Source: an uncultured virus (IMG/VR IMGVR_UViG_3300035498_001541)
Taxonomy: Duplodnaviria > Heunggongvirae > Uroviricota > Caudoviricetes
DNA: 64,000 nt
Reading direction: 5' to 3' (one strand)
Virus record (IMG/VR): IMGVR_UViG_3300035498_001541
The notes beneath the pieces were generated by a model. That model saw nothing but the letters and a program-made list of their open reading frames with translations, searched no databases and had not been told where the DNA came from. The position numbers and the translations under genes are program-made. Positions 59,001-64,000 of the stretch are shown here, in pieces. The number at the start of each line of letters is the position of its first letter. Within the stretch, counting starts at the first letter, position 1.

Positions 59001-59253
59001 AATTATCGTCTACCTGTTGGGACTTGATAATTTTACCAACATCAACTTTGTCAGTTGTATCTAAAAGGTCGTCATCGCCGAAGTCGTCTCCGAAGTCTCC
59101 GCTACTTCCTGCTGACTCCGCAAAGTCGTCAAGGTCGTCGAAGTCTTCGTCGAAGTCCCCGGATTCAAAGTCTCCTCCATTGAGTCCTGCACTATTTGCC
59201 AAAACATCTCCGGTAGACCCTCCTGTCCCCTCAGTTCTCTCAACTCGTTCCAT
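56053..59253 (-). CDS. Large hypothetical protein with an acidic N-terminus and a Zn ribbon (1066 aa)
   Basis: AGAAAGGA SD; CPVCG...CECG; DDF-rich N-terminal region. Confidence 0.85.
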   Translation of the reverse strand: MERVERTEGTGGSTGDVLANSAGLNGGDFESGDFDEDFDDLDDFAESAGSSGDFGDDFGDDDLLDTTDKVDVGKIIKSQQVDDNSFAVSLSPEDLEFGVFADEVSDLDEDEDLEEYNEMQSFLKEAGYEDTDDLDFSNVEFLVKREKKLRDEEHEQQVVADAVMYAAEECRSAKELLALSSATLEDSNKIAAVSSDLKSNVFVDDNYSKLSIIVENIINEQKSQHGEVSVDSVFNAIRKRVEYLDRIGDWSTVDLYNALETIVPMLLDSDNVSSMMLQHQESGRKQVANFIMKDEVAISNSMILNANAKKTRVIRQVLQTSDGYVTKCPVCGKQVIMEKVPFAILRVSTETRDSRSGVNKNIFQLPRVYSCECGTDLVFTKDDYKNMFTTAIKSDSKGIDDATQVIPLICKGAAYLKIEPPISIIEKAVPDVFIQKAIGDVAVASIAEDKEVYFVDDLEMKRAGDEFYKRLKCLSVTTRRPIVSDGKQSGKELGEELSEESLAEDDAVAEYLASPYRKISYSEVARYFASVLSKDYDSLHNQALFSLLFYFQENPFLRAKLDYSDIWLLQDNIAFVSEMDVGKGIGAVSAEKLSMLSSMASEALGGKPVQDDEVIKLLKENPEILQQRLDDRFSEYEYWIDKLREGEESLGYCPMINLSSYKLSDFDKYIPSEEVLNLFNSIADRMIVNNLAGDFYSYWEPMKIMNVTTLKSQLTNSSGLAESRKKISKMLEKYVGNNPMFTNNVLTFSYPVIEEHATLREALLYVKGQNFYRFCKEIEKLAVTIDSSFSGEGGSKALDSYVTDHFTTELRLSICRIRDATRDVVSKSEGEYFLSEFSKDEVASIDDRVRHFVFGRWVPKRLEGETPEAFMTRFSEMRESASEVNGFNVHNSYDFSKEFEKFSEDVLNVVLGSNISSITYKSFAPTMFISKIVSELISRYSLDFSKRLLNVSDELLNVIDSDIAGQQNLAVDFNSMQDFNRILNGNYVTGALASVTKLLESYTNRFIYTTDSVYQKDEVFDYAEELNTEVESMLAEDGVDPSRDPDDMLDEIQMYVRSEKMKSLLE

Positions 59254-60257
59254 GAATTCACCATCCTTTCTAAAAAGCTGTAAAATGTATCTGTATGCAT
59301 CAGCACTGGATGTGTACCAAACTCATCAGTTATCACATCTCGTCGCTGTCCTACAACAAACTTTAAATCTCCTGACTCTCTCGAATACAAAATAAAAGGA
59401 TTACTCTCCTTAGCACTCGTCATCTTAATTTCCAACAAAGATGCCCCATTACTATCAATGCAGAGCTCATTGCACTTCTTCAGATACTTCTCCTTAGTTG
59501 TACTCTGACCATTCAGTGAAATACTACCTGTCATACACACATTGAACTTCACCATACCTTCACACCGGATAGACTTGCCAAAAAGCGAGTATGCAACAGC
59601 TAAATCTATCACACTATGCCTGAGATTATAAGCTACAGACGGTGCATAGAATCCCTTACTTGCACAAAAGGCTGATACACTACCTGCCTTCTTAATAGCA
59701 TCGTATACCTCTCCAAAAGACTTAAATCCTTCAAAGAGAACTTCTGCATCCTTGCTTAAATCTGGAATAGCCAAATTGCTAGCTAAATGTGAAAATGTAA
59801 TGCTCTCTTTCTTAATACTCTGGCAGGCAACAAAGAAATCACTTGCAATGCTAAGGTCAGAGATAGAAGGAGGGTATTCTTCCCAAGGAATATTTACAAC
59901 CTCGACATAAGACTTTGTTTCAAAAAGCCCTTTCTCTCCTGCATCCTTTAGCCGCTTATCCTTAGCAAGCAAAGCCCCGTATATCTTACTACACGAGGCT
60001 TCTTTCAAGCCCTTCACACCAAACCTTGAAAGCATCTCAGCTATGGCAAAACCCATCTTTACGCGACACCGCGGGTCACAGCACATAATCTGAGTACGAG
60101 AACTCTTAATGATATTCTCACTGCCACACTCACAATAATCCGGAAAATAATCATGGAAACCCTCTGGGATAAGCCCAAGCTCCTTGGCTCCACTCACAGA
60201 AACCCACCCAGAGAATGCTTTCTCTTTATCATCCTCCATCAATTCAGAAAATGTCAT
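59061..60257 (-). CDS. NAD-dependent DNA ligase C-terminal module only (Zn finger, HhH, BRCT-like)
   Basis: PDYCECGS...CCDPRC, SRFGVKGL, LASNLAIPDL...LFEGFKSF, VCMTGSI; no adenylation (KxDG) or OB domain. Confidence 0.78.
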   Translation of the reverse strand: MTFSELMEDDKEKAFSGWVSVSGAKELGLIPEGFHDYFPDYCECGSENIIKSSRTQIMCCDPRCRVKMGFAIAEMLSRFGVKGLKEASCSKIYGALLAKDKRLKDAGEKGLFETKSYVEVVNIPWEEYPPSISDLSIASDFFVACQSIKKESITFSHLASNLAIPDLSKDAEVLFEGFKSFGEVYDAIKKAGSVSAFCASKGFYAPSVAYNLRHSVIDLAVAYSLFGKSIRCEGMVKFNVCMTGSISLNGQSTTKEKYLKKCNELCIDSNGASLLEIKMTSAKESNPFILYSRESGDLKFVVGQRRDVITDEFGTHPVLMHTDTFYSFLERMVNSWNELRELRGQEGLPEMFWQIVQDSMEETLNPGTSTKTSTTLTTLRSQQEVAETSETTSAMTTF

Positions 60258-60269
60258 AATGACCTCCAA

Positions 60270-61088
60270 TCAATCACTAGAATCTTCTTCCTCAGCAACA
60301 ACCTGCATATAGGATATTACTTGACCACCATTCTCTAAATACAGAATCTCAATCTCTACCCTGCAAATTCCAGTCTCATCCATATCTTTGAAATAGTAGA
60401 AAGGACACTGCACTCTGTACTGCTTTCCTTTGTAATCAACATCAAGCCAGTACATCTCCATGCCATCGTCAATGATTGCTCTCTTAGCTGTGTAAGACAC
60501 ATGAGCAGTGATATACTCTCTGTGGTCCACACTATAGATAGCACTGACGTCCTCACCTTCGAGGTCTTTTACATAATCATCTGCAGAGAAATATTTTGCA
60601 GTTGTCTCATTCTTACTACTATCGCTGTAATTGTTATCACCCTGTACATATTTGTTTTCCGGCTCTGATGTTTCCTCTGCCCCATTTACCGGTTTATTAT
60701 CATCATCTACCTGTGTGTAATCCTCATACACACCAGTACCTCCAGCTTCACCAGAAGAAGACCCATCGCCATCACCAGTTTCACTTGTCACCTCCGAAGA
60801 CACATCAACAGGAGTCTCATTACTACTGCTGCTAAACACAAACATCTTCAGTACGATTATCACAGCAACAACAGCTACAACTACGACACCGATAATTATT
60901 TTTGTTTTCATATCATTACCAGAGTCACTGTACTCTTCCTCCTGTGAAAGGTCATCTATCTCATCATTTCTTTGTGGCGGTCTTCCCCCACCCTGCGGTC
61001 TTCCTCCACCCTGTGGCTGTCTTCCACCACTCTGAGACGGTCTGTTACTTGGACCGCCACCACCTCCATTATTAAAACCTATTGCCAT
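60270..61088 (-). CDS. Bitopic membrane protein with a G/Q/R/P-repeat N-terminus (272 aa)
   Basis: QGGGRP repeats, TM IIIGVVVVAVVAVIIVL, acidic linker, beta-rich C-domain. Confidence 0.85.
   Translation of the reverse strand: MAIGFNNGGGGGPSNRPSQSGGRQPQGGGRPQGGGRPPQRNDEIDDLSQEEEYSDSGNDMKTKIIIGVVVVAVVAVIIVLKMFVFSSSSNETPVDVSSEVTSETGDGDGSSSGEAGGTGVYEDYTQVDDDNKPVNGAEETSEPENKYVQGDNNYSDSSKNETTAKYFSADDYVKDLEGEDVSAIYSVDHREYITAHVSYTAKRAIIDDGMEMYWLDVDYKGKQYRVQCPFYYFKDMDETGICRVEIEILYLENGGQVISYMQVVAEEEDSSD
60977..61040 (-). repeat. Degenerate 18-bp tandem repeat encoding QGGGRP
   Basis: cggtcttcccccaccctg / cggtcttcctccaccctg on the plus strand. Confidence 0.75.
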
Positions 61089-61094
61089 CTTTTA

Positions 61095-64000
61095 TCAACC
61101 TCCATTAGTTACATCTGCAACCATGTTCTGAAGCTTCCCTAAATTAACATTCTTGCTAATTGAATTAGCATACACAAAATGCCCATTTGGTTCACAGAAC
61201 AAAATACGTGTATCAGTTCCAGGATACTTCTCTAAAGTTCTTGAGATAATCCTTTGTTGCTTAATTGTATCAACATCAATCAGAACAAGATTCTGAATAG
61301 TACAAACTCTATCCCTTTCCTCTGACACAAGATACTCCACAAACTTATCCAGCACACCAATATCGTAGCTATCAGAAACCTTTTCCCATCGGTCAAAGAC
61401 ACCAGGGCACTTCACAATTACCCTGCATCCCGACGGAACAACATCATTTCTGAGAAACTCCTTAACACTGTCAATCTGGCTATTGTTCTTTACAGAAACA
61501 ACAATCTGACCATTCAGCTTTTTAACATGGTGATACTTTTCCTTTACCACTGTCATAGCAGTAACATCATCTGCATCCTTGTTATCATAGTTAAATACAA
61601 GTTCGTCCTCTTCAAACTTCTCTACAGACTCATCACGACACTCCTCGTCATAGACCAGCTGAGCACTGTCCTCATCAAAACTCCAGTTCTCTTCTTCCTC
61701 CCCGGAGTCTTTATCAAACAGCTCGTCGTAATCAACAAAGTCTTCATCGAAATCATCAGACTCCTGCTCTTCTTCTACTGCTTTAGTTACTACATATGTC
61801 TCCTCACCCAACTTAAAAGACACCGGCTTATCAAACTTCGACAATGCCCATGTCTCCAATCTCTTTATCCACTTTAAGTCCTCGAACAAACTTTCCTCAT
61901 AGCTATTGCTTGGCTTGAAGTCTGGTTCACCGTTCATCTCGTAATCATTCACGTATGCACGAACCGTATAATTAGTAAACTCAACAAGCAACTCATCCAA
62001 ATCTAAAGGCTTCTCCGGAAAATCTGGTTGTAGTGTCTTAATTACCTCACCAATTCTGTCCTCAACATACTGAGCCCTTAATGGCTTAATCAAATCATCC
62101 CAAGGATGCTCAAATACTGTCTTCTCTCTAAACTCTCCGGCATCATACCTCTTTATCATTCTCTCCACAAAGTACACTGGAGCCTCTCTTGCATCATCCT
62201 TGCACTCGCCCCAAGAATCTCCCATATTGATACCCACAAAATACTTAGTGTGACCCTTCATTGTAATCATACAAGCTTTCTTTACAATCTTGTAAATAAG
62301 CATAGGGTTTACGTCATTCTTAACACTGCAAAGTAGCTCATCATGAATCAACATATACCACTTTACTTTGTCTTGAATCCCATATTTTTCACACTCTTGA
62401 TAAAAGCGTATCAGGATTATTCTAAAGATCTCTGCGGCAGTTGCCTGTATTGGATAGTTACCTGCCTTACGTCTAATACTAGCTTCCTCCGGCGTGTATT
62501 CACCCTGCGCCCTTCTTGCAGCACCGGCTGGTGACAAATCCACACCCTCAAGACTAAAGGTACGATAAAAACCAAGAATATTCTCACACTTGCTGATAGG
62601 CGAAGGAATCTTCTTACCCTCTGCATCAAGCAAGTACTCCCCATTCTCATCCTTCTTGTAGGCATCCATAAACTCTCTCAAGTCATCACTAATCTTCCAC
62701 TCTGTAAGAGCTTCAGCACGTGACTTCTCAAGCAAGTCAATAATAGGTTTGTTCTGTTGACGCCACTTATGCAAGGTAACTCTAGTCTCCACCATATGCT
62801 CCTTGCTCCTATCCTTAAACATCGTCTCACACATACTGGCATCACCCAAACCGTAAGGAACGCCGAAAGACACACTCTTTGCTTTCTTTCTCTCTTTCTT
62901 AGAAATACGGTATGCAGGCTTACCCTCAACCATAGAAGCTGTCTCTGTATGGTAGTCATTCTCTGGATTGCACATCTTCTTAATCATTGGTTCAAACTTT
63001 GCTAAAGAAAGCATGATACGGTATTCAATCTGAGCCATATCAAAATCCAACAAATAGTCATCATCCGAATAGGGCTTCACAACTGCTTTCAAGCTTCCTT
63101 TCATTGTCTGACCCGGATTAGAGATTCTTCGAGTTTCGATACGAGCCATATTATAGCCCTTAAAAATCTTGCCCTCCAGATTGTTCTCTGCCATTGGTTT
63201 GTAGTACCCTGTGTACTCTTTATTCAGCTCTGTGTACTTCTGAATTATCAGAGCCAGCGGGTATTTAAGACTGTTAAACTGTTTGGCACTAATCAATACC
63301 AAACTATCAGCCTTCTTACCCTTGCCCTCAGCTCTCAGCTTTGCAACCTCGGCATGAGTAGCACCATACACCAAAATATCAGCCTGCAACTTTCTTGGTG
63401 CTATGTCACCCTCTTTCAGCTCATCCCTCAGCAACTTAGAAATAGCGTACTTGTCAATCTTAGGCAACCGTTTCTTTCCCTCAGTGTAAGCCTTTATTGG
63501 GTATTTCATAATATCGTACAGTACAGTTCTCAGCTGAGCCGGTTTAAACTCAAACTCATATCTAGCATTTGGGTCAGGAACTACTGCATCAACTGCAGCT
63601 TTGTATTCTTCCTCACTCTTAAACTTGCCAGACTCCCAAGCCAGCTTCAAAACCTTTAGCTCATTAGAGTATTGAACAAAAACACCAACATAGGAATACA
63701 TAGCATTTTTCAGAATCTCAATATTCTGATAGTTCTGCTCTGCCAACTCCTGCACTTTCTCCTGCACTGTATTCATTCCCCAGTACTCAGACTGATACAG
63801 AATATTATCCATTGGAACATCCTGTCTCTGATACCAGTAATACATCTTGTCAGACATCAAAGACCTCAGCTTATAGAAGCAAGCCAAAGTATAGTCTGCA
63901 TCAGCGCAACCGTATATCTCTGCAACTTCCCTGTCAGCTAAATATCGGTACTTGTCCTCATTACCCTTTCCTAACACATCTTCCAACTCTGGAGTCTCGT
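61095..64000 (-). CDS. polA: Large family-A DNA polymerase with 3'-5' exonuclease and a long C-terminal extension, 5'-partial
   Basis: ExoIII YGCADAD, motif A DFDMAQIEYR, motif B RKKAKSVSFGVPYG, NYPIQATAA, motif C LIHDELL; frame open to the right edge. Confidence 0.93.
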   Translation of the reverse strand, partial: ETPELEDVLGKGNEDKYRYLADREVAEIYGCADADYTLACFYKLRSLMSDKMYYWYQRQDVPMDNILYQSEYWGMNTVQEKVQELAEQNYQNIEILKNAMYSYVGVFVQYSNELKVLKLAWESGKFKSEEEYKAAVDAVVPDPNARYEFEFKPAQLRTVLYDIMKYPIKAYTEGKKRLPKIDKYAISKLLRDELKEGDIAPRKLQADILVYGATHAEVAKLRAEGKGKKADSLVLISAKQFNSLKYPLALIIQKYTELNKEYTGYYKPMAENNLEGKIFKGYNMARIETRRISNPGQTMKGSLKAVVKPYSDDDYLLDFDMAQIEYRIMLSLAKFEPMIKKMCNPENDYHTETASMVEGKPAYRISKKERKKAKSVSFGVPYGLGDASMCETMFKDRSKEHMVETRVTLHKWRQQNKPIIDLLEKSRAEALTEWKISDDLREFMDAYKKDENGEYLLDAEGKKIPSPISKCENILGFYRTFSLEGVDLSPAGAARRAQGEYTPEEASIRRKAGNYPIQATAAEIFRIILIRFYQECEKYGIQDKVKWYMLIHDELLCSVKNDVNPMLIYKIVKKACMITMKGHTKYFVGINMGDSWGECKDDAREAPVYFVERMIKRYDAGEFREKTVFEHPWDDLIKPLRAQYVEDRIGEVIKTLQPDFPEKPLDLDELLVEFTNYTVRAYVNDYEMNGEPDFKPSNSYEESLFEDLKWIKRLETWALSKFDKPVSFKLGEETYVVTKAVEEEQESDDFDEDFVDYDELFDKDSGEEEENWSFDEDSAQLVYDEECRDESVEKFEEDELVFNYDNKDADDVTAMTVVKEKYHHVKKLNGQIVVSVKNNSQIDSVKEFLRNDVVPSGCRVIVKCPGVFDRWEKVSDSYDIGVLDKFVEYLVSEERDRVCTIQNLVLIDVDTIKQQRIISRTLEKYPGTDTRILFCEPNGHFVYANSISKNVNLGKLQNMVADVTNGG

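Larger units (their letters stand above)
1..64000 (-). mobile_element. Segment of a probable giant extrachromosomal element (megaplasmid or jumbo-phage-like) of a Firmicutes host
   Basis: All genes lie on one strand. Many ORFans are mixed with very divergent replication, repair and RNAP homologs that lack their chromosomal neighbours (e.g. rpoA-like with no r-protein genes, clamp-like with no dnaA/recF). No metabolic or translation genes. Element type is inferred. Confidence 0.7.

Noticed and set aside
56053..59253. RNA polymerase beta' subunit
   Set aside because: It has a CxCG zinc motif but no NADFDGD or other double-psi barrel motifs.
2101..63941. All plus-strand ORFs in the track (e.g. 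28043-28792, 249 aa; 58655-59395, 246 aa; 11985-12545, 186 aa)
   Set aside because: They lie antisense to long minus-strand genes, have Ser/Leu/Phe- or His/Gln/Leu-rich shadow composition, and show no motifs or convincing SD.
1..64000. CRISPR array, tRNA, rRNA, IS or integrase
   Set aside because: Intergenic gaps are all under ~150 nt, with no spaced direct repeats or cloverleaf seen; the only repeats are short coding tandem repeats; no transposase or recombinase motifs.
1..64000. Stop-codon reassignment as in some gut jumbo phages
   Set aside because: Code 11 gives near-complete coding density, and TAA, TAG and TGA all end genes directly before the next SD.
61095..64000. Intein or intron in the polymerases or helicase
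   Set aside because: Motifs A, B and C and the helicase motifs are normally spaced with only short inserts; no C...HN splice junctions or LAGLIDADG motifs seen.

Overview
About 57 tightly packed CDSs, all on the minus strand, with Firmicutes-type SD sites (AGGAGG/AGAAAGGA). The coding strand is G-rich and the standard genetic code fits. I found no rRNA, tRNA, CRISPR, integrase, transposase or recognisable virion gene. About half of the proteins I cannot recognise. The rest are very divergent copies of core bacterial information-processing proteins, outside their usual chromosomal neighbourhoods: two family-A DNA polymerases, a probable beta sliding clamp, clamp-loader gamma/tau and delta, a Toprim-only primase, a DEDDh exonuclease, a 5'-3' flap exonuclease, RecJ, UvrD, a split SbcC with SbcD, a NERD nuclease, the C-terminal half of LigA, and an RNA polymerase alpha subunit lacking its CTD. 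Envelope modules are interleaved with these: a PilB-like ATPase with PilO/PilN-like partners, a split EssC/FtsK-like ATPase with two WXG100-sized helical proteins, an amidase_3 lipoprotein and a ~1790-aa SLH-like surface protein. My best reading, by inference, is the core region of a giant extrachromosomal element (megaplasmid or jumbo-phage-like) of a Clostridia/Lachnospiraceae-type host. The leading candidate novel systems are (1) a PolA-based replisome with a bacterial clamp and loader, including a second PolA whose steric gate is predicted to admit rNTPs, (2) an element-encoded RNAP alpha-NTD with a recurrent hairpin + TATW-N4-AGT intergenic motif, and (3) a type VII-like plus type IV pilus-like transfer or secretion apparatus. 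All assignments come from motif recognition by eye; no database search was run.
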